NCBI GenBank assembly: GCA_035084275.1
Contig: CM068752.1
Coordinates: 13,144,001-13,208,000 of the forward strand
Reading direction: 5' to 3'
Source: Hydrolagus colliei
Lineage: Eukaryota
DNA: 64,000 bases
Shown: positions 1 to 12,496 of the stretch, in pieces
Position numbering within the stretch: the stretch's first letter is position 1
How the letters are laid out: every line of letters begins with the position of its first letter
Notes under the pieces: model-generated
What the model was told of the DNA's origin: nothing
The model's input: only the letters and a program-made list of their open reading frames with translations
The model's database searches: none
Program-made: the position numbers and the translations under genes

Positions 1-599
1 CTGGATAAAAACACCTGCAAACTTGTCTGTCTGTCTGCTGGTTTGTCAAATATGTAACAAGAAGTGAGAAGGAATATTTACCATACACCATGACATTGAT
101 GGGATGTTGTCCGGTCCAAGCATTGAAATCCTGGATCTCAAACCTGAAGCAATAGTCACCAGAATCAGCTTTATTGAGGTTGTTTATCTCAGTTGAGCAG
201 TTTTTATTTTTCAGATTTCCTGTTAATTTTATTCTATTGTATCTTTGGGGCTGGCTGCTTTCATATACCAACGTCGCTTGAGAATTGCATGGAGAACCTT
301 TGAACCATTTGCCGATTATATTATATTGTTCATTCGGTGGGTCAGGGTGTTTGAATGAACATTTCAGAATCACAGACTCTCCCTCCAACCCAGCAGCAGA
401 ACTGGAAAACGAGACTCCCCAATCATTGGCAGAAGCTGTGGAAGAGGAAACAGACAGACTCCATTACTGGTTGCCCGAGGACTAATAATAATTCTATGGA
501 ATACCAGGCAGGTGGTATCTTTCCGCACTGTCCCCTTCTTTAGGAAGATTTTTAAACAAAGGCATCATCGTCTAACAGATATGCTAATATGTAAAGTTA

Positions 600-1315
600 T
601 CTCCGCATCTCAGGACTGACAACATCAGCATTCGAGGCTGCTCTCTCCACCTCTCGAAGCCAGTCAGGAATCTGGGCACCTTGTTTGACCCTGAACTGTC
701 CTTCCTCTCTCATACAGGTCGATTATGGGAACTCTCTCCTTGATGGCCTTCCCAGCTCCTCCCTTCACAAGTTGCAGATGATTCAGAATTCTGCAGCTCG
801 TGTACTCTCCCGCAAGAGGCTCCGTAACCACATCACTCCCACCCTCGCCCATCTCCATTGGCTCCCCATCTCCCAGAGGATCAAATTCAAGATCCTCACC
901 TTCAAGGCCATTCACGGTCTCGCCCCCATCTATCTCTGTGACCTGCTGTCTCCCTATCAGCCTGCCTGTCCCCTCCAGTCAGCAGGCTCTGGCCTCCTTG
1001 CCCTAACTGCCCTACCATCAGCGGCCAGGCTTTCAGTCTCTCTGCTCCCACACTATGGAACTCCATCTCGCAATCCCTTTGCCTCACTTCCTCCGTTTCC
1101 TCCTTCAAGGCTGGTCTTAAGACCTTCCTCTTCGAGGGGAGCCTTTTGCTCCCCTCCAAACTCTTCACCCTCTCCTACTCTCCTTCCCCTTCCCCGTACT
1201 CCAACCTCCCCACCCCCCGCTCGGGTCCCAACCTGATTGTTTAGGGCCTTGGGATGTCCTCCCGACATGAAAGGCGCTCTATAAATGTAATTTTGTTGTT
1301 GTTCTTGTTGTTACA
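600..1315 (+). mobile_element. L2-clade LINE 3' fragment
   Basis: DYGNSLLDGLP..LQMIQNSAARVL..HITPTLAHLHWLPISQRIKFKIL; 3' hairpin tail with (TTG)n. Confidence 0.9.
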
Positions 1316-1729
1316 AGAAATGTATTTAAGTTGGCAGAAGCCTGACATTCCACCATAACACAGGAATTGTGGAACAGCAACACAACAACCGTGGAGGGGA
1401 GCAGACACATGGGCAGGACATGGCACCCCTCTTACAATCACCTCCCATTAAGCCAGTCCAGCCCCAGTCAATGGGATAGGATCATTATCATCTCCTTAAA
1501 AAGATGCAGGTTCACTCCTCGAGCCTCCTCCCCGAGGTCCCAGTGGCCACTACAATAATTCATGCTGAGATGTATGGCCCACAGTGAAGCTCACAGAGTA
1601 TCTACCATCCGCCTTGTCAGAACTGAAACCCGCTCTAGTCAGATGCCGAATCACCGAAAGTAATTATAGTGATTACTCTCCTTGGGGCCGGGGGAGTGGG
1701 GGAAACGGATGGTAAACAGGTTCTATTTG

Positions 1730-2215
1730 GCAATGAAATGTTCGAATAGAGCCAGCCCTTTGTTGTTGTCTTATGAGTCCAGTTCTTGAGCTAGGCAGGT
1801 CCACAGTATTCCAGGCACTGCTGATGACAGCACAGCCAATCTGGCTCATTGCAGGATTTGGAAGGGTAACCAGTCACTGGGGCAAGGAGTCATCCCACTC
1901 AGTTCCTGTTAACAGTGCAAGCCAATGTCCTAACAGGTAGGTTGCCATTGATGTACCAGACAGGAACATCAATGGCAAGCTATGTGGTTTTAGCTGGTTA
2001 GACTGCAGCTGTACCCTAATGCGCACTTTGGGGTCTCCAAGTCTTAGCTTTAGCCAACCTGCGCCTAAAACTTTTGGGATTTGGGTAAACTGGATGCATC
2101 CCTCCATGAAGATAGTACACATTCCATTCCAACAATCTATCTCTGTGATTTCCAGATGCACATGGGATGCCTGGAAATCTCAGCATTGTTAGGATACTCT
2201 TAAGAGTATCTGCCT
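1730..2215 (+). repeat. Unclassified old ~500-bp dispersed repeat, copy A
   Basis: Aligns by eye with the reverse complement of 36485-37030 (shared cacattccattccaacaatct, ggaaatctcagc, tgctgatgacagca). Confidence 0.8.
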
Positions 2216-2588
2216 TGTCCCTTCTTTCCCCTCTTGAGTTTACACCAGAAGACTTTCCTCTTTGATCATGCCACCTCATCCCTATCCCCAACCCTATCTC
2301 AGTGTGGTCACCACTGTCTATCTCTCTGAGACGCTACCTGGTGTGAGGGGAGCTATAGAAATGCAAGTTGTTATTGCTATTACTATGCCTCTTGCTATTG
2401 TTATTGCTTGTTGCTTGTTGAGATGCCATATAAATGCTTTATAAATCCAAGTTGTTGTTGTTGTTGCCTCAACTGCCCAGAAGCTCACACTGTAGGAAAC
2501 AAAATCAGCCTCAAGGTTCATCACTTCTTGGTGACAGAAGGTTCCTTGGAAAAGCTTTTACACATGGTTAGCGATTGCCACTGATATC

Positions 2589-2766
2589 AAGCTGAGAAAT
2601 AATGGTGGTAAAGGGTGGAGCCTTACCCTGGATGAGACACGCAAGCAGCAGTGCCAGGATGCAGTGAGAGGCACTCATTGTGTGGATTACAGCCTGGAGA
2701 GAAGAGCGGAGAACAATCAGACACATTGATACCTGCACAATAAGCCGTGAACAATGAGTCACTGTT

Positions 2767-2797
<31 letters not shown>

Positions 2798-2893
2798 GAA
2801 ATTGGACTGTATTTGTTTAGCAGGAACTGCTCTGTAAACTCCTACATCTGTGGACTGAGACACTGGCCATTCATTGTCCTCTCACACATTAAC
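2589..2893. repeat. Unclassified ~305-bp dispersed repeat with internal (CA)n, copy A
   Basis: Near-identical to 34920-35232 in the same orientation. Confidence 0.9.
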
Positions 2894-3407
2894 TCAGCTC
2901 AGGAATATTATAATTTGTGTGTGGAAGAAGTGATTCAAATAATTTTCCCCATTTCCTCTTTCTCTCTCACCGCAGGTGGTAAAGCAATTTCAGTTGTTTA
3001 AACTTTCTGGGTTCCCAAAGCCTTAGTTGTTTCCATTCTGTGCCCAATACTTTCCAGAATGAGGTAAGGACAGAGGTCCATCTGGAGAGTGTATATTTCA
3101 TTTAACAAGGGTATTTCCATGTGTACATGATATGGATAAAACTCTTAGTCTGGTTTGAATTAACTATAGTAAACGGTTTCTACATCTGTCATGCACTGTA
3201 CTGATTGGAACAAAACTGTTAATTAAGTTAGCTTCCCTCTGGTGATATATTACATTGTGACCATTCAGGGCTTGTTACCAGTAAAAGCAGTAGAGCAAAT
3301 TATTTTTTTAAAAGGGGAGAGACTAGATAGGGTTAGGGTTCAGTGGGACTTGGGTATCCTTGTATACCAGTCTCAAAAAGTTTGTTTGCAGCATTAGACC
3401 AGAGTGC

Positions 3408-3720
3408 TCTAGCCCAGTGGTTAGAACACCTATCTCACAAGTAAGAGGAACTGAGTTTGTTTCCCAGATAGGACAAAACAGTGGAGATATTTCCTTACTA
3501 CATATTCTTCTGTTTGCCTATCAGTAAGTAGGAACCCGGTTGATAGTCGTTTGGTGGATTGCTTTTCTGGAGTAAAAAACCCTTCAAAACAAATAATAAA
3601 AATTTGGTCCGTCAATTCACCACAGTCAATTTAGTTTACATTATATTGTGGGAAGTACTTTGAGATGTCTCGAAGACGAGATTAGGCTCTATATCAAATG
3701 CAAGGATTATTAATATTATC
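3408..3720 (+). mobile_element. Composite tRNA SINE, long variant
   Basis: Decayed tRNA head, 'aagtaggaacccggttg' segment, tail ..ctatatcaaatgcaaggattatt. Confidence 0.8.
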
Positions 3721-3789
3721 ATCATCCCATTAGAATACTAAAATGCTTCCTTAGACGTAAATTGGGTTGCAGTATGTTTTCTGTGGAAC

Positions 3790-4460
3790 ACATTGATATA
3801 AGAATTAGGAGCAGGAGTAGGCCATTCGGGTCCTCGAGCCTGCCTCGCCATTCAATAAGATCATGGCTGATCTTCTAGTCTAACTCCACCTACCTACCTT
3901 ATCCCCATATCCCTTTATCCATAAGAAATCTATCAATCTCAGTCTTGAATATATTCAGTGAGTGAAAAAGTTTTTCCTCAACTCGGTGCGAAAGGGCTGA
4001 CCGCTAATTTTAAGATTGTGACCCCTGGTTATAGTTTCTCCAACCAGGGGACAGTGTCCCACTATCTAGACTGCCATGCCCCTTAATAATCTTATAGGTT
4101 TCTACAAGATTACCTCTAATTCTTCTATAAAGCTCATTCACCTCATCCCAGGTACCAACCTAATGAATCTACTCTGTACCCCCTCCAATGTCCTTTCTTA
4201 AATAAGGAGAACAAAATTGCACACAATACTCTAGGTGTGGTCTCACCAGGGGCCCATACACTTACAGCAAGACTTCCCTACTCTTATATTCTAACCCTTT
4301 TGTAACAAACACCAACATACCGTTAGGCTTCCTACTTGCTTGCTGTACCTGCAAATTATTTTTTTATGACTGGTGTTGAAGGACACCCAAGTCCTTCTAA
4401 ACGCTAACCCTATCTAGTCTCTCCCCTTCTAAAAAAAATCTGCTGTACTGTTTTTATTAC
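3790..4460 (-). mobile_element. Old CR1 3' fragment
   Basis: Reverse complement of the CR1 3' end (ggagcaggagtaggccattc..gccattcaataagatcatggctgatc) plus decayed RT C-terminus. Similar fragments at ~4880-4950, 6125-6240, 23420-23580, 27290-27620, 28080-28400, 29620-29760, 37980-38360, 43640-43800, 54520-54700 and 55120-55500. Confidence 0.8.
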
Positions 4461-6992
4461 CTCGGTGGATGATATACCGTACTTCAGGTTACCAAAAATG
4501 AGTCCTCATTGAGGAATTCCATGAGGAATAACCACCAATAGATTCTAGACCCCCCATCCCACTGATTTTTCTCAAACCAGAAACACCTCATTCCAGTTGC
4601 ACAGCTCCTGGTATCACTCAACAGAGATCAGCCAACACAGCATAGGTTTGTGGATTCACCACAGTGAGCATAGGATTCCTTTGGACTAGTCACTTGGACT
4701 AGTCACTAGTCACTTTCTCAAACAATGAGAAAGTGGCAGAATTTTTTTTGAAACATGTCACAAAGAAGAAACGAGGAAGACAATACAAAGAGAGGGTTGG
4801 ATGGTCCAATGTAGATACATGAATTCCTTGCATTCAGTACCTGCTTCATTTTATTAGGATGTCCTAATAAGTTGAGGACTTGAGTTATAGATCAGCCATG
4901 ATCTACTTAAATGGCTCGAAGGGGTGAATGGCCTACTCCTGTTCGCATATTCCATCCTCTTCAGCTCCCGCCCCCAGCTCGCGTGCCAAACCAGCAGTGT
5001 AAAGCACTTTACTGATGTGAAAGGCACTCATAAAGTAAATTGTATTTTAAGTTGCTTTCGACAAAATTGTCTACAAAATGTAATTTGTACATTTATGGGA
5101 TATATTGCTTTCCAGAAAACTGTCTTCAAATTTAAAACTATTTAATTAAATATCTACCATTGTATTGTAAGTGTTGCCTCAAAAACATTCCTATTAAAAT
5201 TTGAGGCAGTAAATTCTGATTCATTGCATCACTCACATTGGTTTGTGATTGAGGCAGGCTCTGGGAACACGAGTCTTTTTTTTACTGAATTGGCTATTGT
5301 GTTGCAAATAATGTCCACAATCTTGTTAAAGGGGAACCTAAAGTTCCAGCCACAAAGCAGACATTTGGTATAGAGAAATTAATACATCAGTTTTGCAAAA
5401 TATGGCTGAGATATATCTATCTAGCTTTCAAAAAATATATATTTTTTAATAATAAATCAAACATTACATTTTTAATTTCCTCCGCTTCCCTCAACTTGAC
5501 TTCCTTCTCAATGTATATATTTGATCACGACCAAGTGATCATTATTCATACGTGTTTTTATGAGGTTTTGATAGAGTAGACAGGGAGAAACTGTTTACAC
5601 TGGCAGGTTAGTCAGTAATCAGTGCACATAAATTTTAAATAATTGGCAAAAGAACCAGCAGAAACCTGAGGTGCGGAGACGCAAACGCTAGCTGATTTTC
5701 CTACTTTCCTTCCCTCAACCACGACCCCTCCCCCACTGCTCTGGTGCCTACGTTTTCCCCCCCACTTTCTTCCCTCTTGTCTTCTCCCTCCTACCCCGCT
5801 CTGGTCCCAACCTTGGGATGTTGTTGTATTCTGTGAAGCGCTTTGAGACGTCGATAAGACGTGGAAAGCGCTATATAAATGTAAGGATTATTATTATTTA
5901 TTATAATCAGGTGGGCCTCTGCACCTTTACATTCTATTCCACTAAGCATTTTGAGATACCCCAATGATGTGAAAGATGTCCAATTAAATGTATGGAGTAT
6001 TATTTATTATTTACCTCCAGAGCAGGATTGCTAATGATCATTTTATAACAAAACAAGTGTGAGGACCAGGGTTTGATTCTCAAGTGGGGCAAAACCTGAA
6101 GCCAGGTTCAATGTGCTACTGTTTACATAAGAACATAAGGAGAAGGAGTTTTGACCATTTGGCCCTTTGAGCCTGCCCCGCCATTCAATCATGGCTGATA
6201 TTCCATTATAACTCCAGCTACTTGCCTTATCCCCATACCCCTAACCTAACAGTAAGTAGGAAACCAGTTGTTAGTTGATTGGCACATCGTTTTCTATGGG
6301 TAATTTCATGGAATTAATAAATAAATTAACAATAAAACTAATTTGGTGAATAAATCCGCGAATGTTTGTGGGACACTGCTGTGCAAAATCAGCTCATGCA
6401 TTTCACCCACAAAATATACATTCAAACCATTTTACAGTACAGTATATTCTATTAAGCATTTGACACATCTTAATGACATTATCAGGCACTATAGCAAATG
6501 CAAGGATTATCATTGTTATTAAACACTGCATTACACTGTAAAACAAACAGCTCAGTAAACTGTACCTTCCTTGTGTTCAATTCCAATTTTGACAGGAAGA
6601 TCTTGACTCTGTTAAACTTAGTCAGGAGTCTGGAAACACCAGCAGCACGGGCATTAAACAAAGCGACAGGTAGAGACCAAAGGAAATACAACCTCACAGA
6701 AACACATATGTGTCTAATATTAATCCTTGCATGAGCAGGGATGCATCGTGAAAAGAAAAAGGAAGTACACTGCAATATGTTTTAGTCAGCTGGGTGCCTG
6801 TTACATGTGGAAATCCACAAACATGCTTACCAGATAAGAGTTCCCTAAAATTGACACTGTTGCTTAATAAGGAACTTGAATCATCCAAAACGTTGAATGA
6901 ATGCTTCTGTTTTGCCAGGAGAGAAAGAGGACAAAATACAAGGAAACCTAAAGTAAGCCAATAAGAAGCACTCAATTTAATTAATATGAATA

Positions 6993-9189
6993 ACTCAACT
7001 GGAAAAGGGCTAATTTCAATGAGTTGAGGTGGGACCTAGCCAAGGTGGATTGGAAAGAAAAATTGGCAGGTAAGACAACTAACGAGCAGTGGGCAGCGTT
7101 CAAAGAGGAGATAGTTCAGGCACAGGTCAAAAGCATCCCCACAAAGGTGAAATGTAAGGCATCCAAACCTCCCTGGATGACTAAGGAAATCGGGGCCAAA
7201 ATAAAACAAAAAAAAGAGGCTTATGATAAGTGTCAGGGTCAAAATTCAGAAGGGAACAAAGCAGAATATATGAAGTGTAGGATAGAACTAAAAAAGGAAG
7301 TTAGAGGGGCAAAGAGACTGCATGAAAAACAATTAGCGAGTAAGATAAAGGGGAACCCTAAGGTTTTTTACCAACATATTAAGAGTAAAAGGTTGGTCAA
7401 GGAGAGGGTGGGGCCAATTAGGGACCTAGGAGGAAATCTCATTGTGGAGGCAGAGGGCATGGCTGATGTACTGAATGAGTACTTCGCCTCTGTCTTCACA
7501 AAAGAAAATGATACAGCCAATGCCATGGTATTAGAGGAGAGGGTAGGAGAAATGGATAGAATAATTATAACCAGAGAGCAAGTGCTAAAAAGGTTGACGT
7601 CGCTCAAGGTGGATAAGTCACCTGGTCCGGATGGGATGCACCCTAGGTTACTAAGTGAGGCACGGGAGCAAATAGCAGGGACTCTGGCCACGATCTTTCA
7701 ATCTTCCTTGGACACAGGGATCGTGCCAGAGGACTGGAGGATAGCTAATGTTACTCCCTTGTATAAAAAGGGGCAGAAGGACAAGCCTGGTAACTACAGA
7801 CCAGTCAGTCTAACGTCGGTAGTGGGCAAACTTCTAGAGTCCATAATCAGGGACAAGGTAGATCTTCACTTAGAAAGATATAGGCTAATAAAGGACAGTC
7901 AACATGGATTTGTTAAAGGCAAATCTTGCCTTACAAATCTGATAGAATTTTTTGATGAGGTAACGGAATGGGTGGATAATGGTAGCGCAGTTGATGTAGT
8001 TTACATGGACTTTCAAAAGGCATTTGACAAAGTGCCACATGAGAGACTTATTATGAAATTAAAGGCCCATGGCGTAAAAGGGACAGTGGCAGCGTGGATC
8101 CACAACTGGCTGCGAGACAGAAAGCAGAGAGTTATAGTGAGCGGCTGTTTTTCAGATTGGAGGGAAGTGAGCAGTGGTGTGCCACAGGGATCGGTTTTGG
8201 GACCATTGCTGTTTGTAATCTACATCAATGATCTGGACTTGGGTGTACGGAGTACAATTTCCAAGTTTGCAGATGACACTAAGTTAGGGAGAATAGTAAA
8301 CAGTGAGGAGGATAGTAGCCATCTGCAAGAGGATATGGACAAATTGGTAAAGTGGGCAGACACATGGCAGATGAAGTTTAATGCAGAGAAGTGTGAGGTG
8401 ATGCATTTGGGGAGAAGAAATGAAGGGAGGCAATATAGGCTAGATAGTACAATTTTAAATGGTGTAAAGGAACAGAGAGACCTGGGGATTTGTGTTAGTG
8501 ACTCGTTGAAGGTGGCAGGACAGGTAGACAAGGCTGTTAAGAAGGCATATGGGATACTAGGCTTTATAAATAGGGGTATAGAGTACAAAAGTCAGGAAGT
8601 GCTGACTAACCTCTATAGGACTTTGGTGAGGCCTCAGCTGGAATACTGTGTTCAATTCTGGTCACCACACTACAGAAAGGATGTGAAGGCATTGGAAAGG
8701 GTACAACGAAGATTTACTAGGATGGTGCCAGGATTGAGGGACTTCAGCTATGAGGAGAGGCTAGATAGGCTAGGGTTATTCTCTCTGGAGCAGAGAAGAT
8801 TGAGGGGAGACCTAATAGAGGTTTATAAGATCATGAGGGGTTTCGACAGGGCAAATAGAGAAAAACTATTTCCACTCGTGAGTGAATCTGTGACTCGTGG
8901 TCACAGATTTAAAATAATTTCAAGGCGCAGTAGAGGGGAGCTGAGGAGAATTTTTTTCACTCAGCGAGTTGTTCGAATCTGGAATGCATTGCCTGAAAAG
9001 GTGGTGGAGGCTGATTCGATAACAACTTTTAAAAGGGAATTAGATCTTTATTTAGGGAGAACGGGTCTATTAGACTATGGGGAGCGGGCAGGGCAGTGGG
9101 ATTGAATCGCTCTTTTCAAAGAGCCGGCACAGACTAGATGGGCCGAATGGCCTCCTTTTGTGCCGTAAAATTCTATGATTCTATGATTC
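6993..9189 (+). mobile_element. Young CR1 LINE, 5'-truncated, RT region uninterrupted
   Basis: 693-aa ORF 7024-9105 with PGPDG, YRPVSL, QHGF, DFQKAFD, GVPQGSVLGP and FADD motifs. CR1-type 3' end with (ATTCTATG)n tail. TSD TATGAATA at 6985-6992 and 9190-9197. Confidence 0.97.
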
Positions 9190-9197
9190 TATGAATA

Positions 9198-10650
9198 CAA
9201 GTAGTACTGAAGAAAAAAGGGATAGATAGATGAATCTTCTTGACCTGATGGATTCCACCCCAGTGTAGTGAAAAAAAATTGGGTGAGAATTACAAATGCC
9301 TTATTTAAAATTTGCCAAAGCTCTCTGTATTCGAGAATGCCCCGGGATCGGAAAATTACAAATGTCTCCCCATTATTTAAGAAGGGAGTGAGAGAGATAT
9401 CATGCATTAGAGACATATCATCTTAACTTGAGTTGCGGTGAAGTTACTAGAATCTCTCATTAGGGAGAGAGTGACTGAGCAATCGGATAAATATGAGCTA
9501 ATCAAAGAAAGTCAGCATGGATTTGTGAAGGCTAGGTCATGTCTGACATCTAATTGAATTTTTTGAAGAGGTCACTAACATGGTCATAAGAGAGTTTCTA
9601 TGCATGTCGTTTACATGAACTTTCAGAAGGCGTTTGCTATGCTTCCACACAAAAGATTATTAGAAATAATGAAAATGTATAGAATCAGAATTAACCTTGC
9701 AACGTGGCTTGGTAATTGGTTAGGGGGAATGTTCTCTGATTGGTGGGACAATGCAAGTGGTATTCCCTAGTGGGTCTGTGTGGGTCCTGAGCTTTTCACT
9801 ACATATATAGATGACTTGGATGAAGGAATAGAGTTTTATGTAAAAATTTGCAGACGGAACAGTAAATTGTGTAATTTTGTTGTGTTGGTGGTTGGAGCAG
9901 GAAGCAATAAAGTTTGCAAGTAGGCAAAGCTGTGGCAGATGGAAATCAATATTGGGAACTGCAAGGTCATCCACTATGGATCCCAAAATAGCAATACATC
10001 ATTTTTTAAATGGTGAGGAATTAAGAATGCGGAGGAGCAAAAGGATTTGTGTGTCCACCCACATAAATCATGCAAACCTAGGTACAAAAAGTTATGATAA
10101 AGGTTAATGGGATGTTGGTCTTTATCTCAAGGAGAACTGGAATATAAAGGAGAGGAAATTATGCTTCAACTGTATGGACCCCATCAGGAATCTGCATTCA
10201 GTTTTTGGCACCATATCTTAGGAAGGATATATTAGTTCTAGAGAGGGTGCAGTGCAGATTCACAGAATGACACCAGGGCTTCAAAAATTAAAAGGTAAGG
10301 ATAGGTTGCATAAACTTGATGTATGCTCCATTGAGTTTAGAAGGTTGAAGGTGGTTTAATTGAGGATTTTAAAATAATAAAGGGATGCAGTAGGGTAGGT
10401 ACAGATAAACTATTTCCTCTGGTAGGGGAATCCAGAACAAGGAGACATAATCTTGAAATTAGAGCTAGGCCATTTAGGAATGAAATCAGAGGGGGCAATT
10501 TTCCACCCAAAAAGTATTTGTTAGTTAAGAGTATCAATCTATACAGGGCAAGGGTGGGTAATTGGAGATGAGGTACTGATTAGCCATGATCTTATAGATT
10601 GGGGGAACAGGCTTGAGTAGCTGAATGGCCTACTCTGGCTTCTAAAGCAT
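9198..10650 (+). mobile_element. Old degenerate CR1 LINE (RT to 3' end)
   Basis: Decayed equivalents of the PGPDG/QHGF/FQKAF/LGP motifs; CR1 3' end 'gattagccatgatctt..gaatggcctactct'. Confidence 0.85.
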
Positions 10651-10699
10651 TAACCGCAAGTACAGCATTCTGACCCACTGCATTTCTGCTCTCACACTT

Positions 10700-11160
10700 A
10701 GTAACTCTTTCTCCCTCCATTTATTTGAGTGTCAGTCAGTAACCCTCTCAGCGCTCTCTCCCTCTCCCTCTCTCTCTCTCTCGGTAACCCTACCACCTCC
10801 CTCTCTCTGTTACCCTCTTTCTCTATCTCTCTGGAATTCCCTTTTATCTCTCTCTTTCTCTCTCTCAGCAGCTCCCCATCCTCTCTCTCTCTCTGTGACA
10901 CCCCTCTCTGTGTAACCCATTCCTTTTCTCTGTAACAACCCTTCTCTCTGTAATCCCCCCTCTCTCCCTCAGTAATCCTACCCCCCACCCCCCATGATGT
11001 TCTCTGTGTAATTCCCCCATCTCTCTCTTTGTGACTGCCCTCTCCCTTCTGTGTGATCATCCTTCCTGCCTCTTTCTCTCTCTCTCTCTCTCAATTAATC
11101 ACTCACTCCATCTACTGTTTCTCTCATTCAGCTAGTTATTCCTTCTTCCCTTTCCCTCAC
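10700..11160. repeat. CT-rich low-complexity / degenerate (CT)n minisatellite
   Basis: Repeated ctctctct(gtaa)ccc units. Confidence 0.85.
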
Positions 11161-12164
11161 TCAGCTACTTATATTTTCTAACTTTTTCATAAGTAGAGCA
11201 AGGCAGCTGTGGTTATAAGGAACTATTTTGTTTCTAAAAACAGGTTCACACATTGCACTAATGTCGATACAATCAAGTCTCCTGGGTTCACTTTTTGGTC
11301 ACACTGTTTCCAGAGTTATGTAAAGGAAGAGAAATGTATTAAGTAATGACATAAATGGCATAAAACGACAGAAACAGCAATGAAAGAGGAGTCAATCATT
11401 TCCTCTTGAAACTGTATATAATACCTTCTGTCACACGATTATGAAATCTTTTATTTCACATATTGTGTAGGGTTTTCATGTAGTATGACCCAGTGGTAAG
11501 ATAGTACAGAGGCAAAGGATAAACCAAAGGGGTTAATTTATTAAGCAAACAGACGATTATTAAACAGTTACAAGTTTCATGCTTACAACCACAGAAGATG
11601 ATTCAGGGCTGGCTGATCTCAACCTTCTCTGAGGACACCAACATACCAGTATCCCACAAAACCCATACAGCCCAGGGGATACAGCATCTTACATTGATCT
11701 GCTAATGCTTCCTGGCAATGTCCCAATGGTGTCCAACCTCTTAACTTTATTTTTCTTTTGCAACATAATATTTGGACACATGATGTTGAAATAAGAAAGT
11801 GTAGCCAGAGGTAATTCTACCCAATCAAAGTTCACAATCATATTCCTGAATTGATCCATCCAATAAGCTTTCCATACATGGGAGACCCCAAAGCTTATCA
11901 TGGTTTTAATCTCATGAATTTGAAGTTCCTCTGATGCCAAGTTCGATTTGACAGTTAATTGCCTTCCTTGACACCTTCACATTGTAAAATCCTTTCAAGA
12001 TCTTGTCCAAGGAGACTGGAAGGTACTCAGAATTCCAATTAATCAGGACAAGTCAGGTTAACTCGAAGCCACACATTTCTGACCTGGTGAATGTTGACTT
12101 GTGGGTCTTCTTAGCTGATTGTAGAGTCTCTTGTATCAACATAATGTCCATTTTATTGTTGTGT

Positions 12165-12300
12165 TCTGACGAAGGATCGTGAACCTGAAACATTGACTCA
12201 CTTTTCCTTTCTCCATAGATGCTGTCTGACCTGCTGGTTGCTCTCAGAGATTTCTGTTTTTGTTTCAGATTCCAGCATCTGTAGTATTTTGAATTTCTGT
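12165..12300 (+). repeat. Penelope-like terminal repeat fragment common in chondrichthyans
   Basis: ctgacgaagg..cctgaaacattgac..catagatgctgtctgacctgctg..tttctgtttttgtttcagattccagcatctg. Related pieces at ~32640-32870 and ~40005-40090. Class assigned from memory. Confidence 0.55.
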
Positions 12301-12496
12301 ACATTTTATTTACTTGAGATAGATTGTTAGACACCATCCTTTCAAGTCACTCCAATTTACAGTAAATCAAATAAATGTTTAATACCTCCATATCCCAACA
12401 CCGTAAAGTGCTTTGAACCATCTTCCTAGCATGAAAGACTTATAATCAAATTCAAGTATTTTAAAATTATTATTAGGCTATTCATCTCATGGTTCT

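Noticed and set aside
4681-4715. Short tandem ggactagtcactt repeats
   Set aside because: A local micro-duplication with no spacers; not CRISPR-like or functional as far as can be seen.
6561-6640. Possible minus-strand exon (LLTKFNRVKIFLSKLELNTRK|gtacag)
   Set aside because: Plausible splice sites, but no partner exons or recognisable protein.
7036-8588. Minus-strand ORFs (68-122 aa) over the CR1 copies, also at 59792-61012
   Set aside because: Antisense shadows of the CR1 RT frame, conserved only because the two copies are young.
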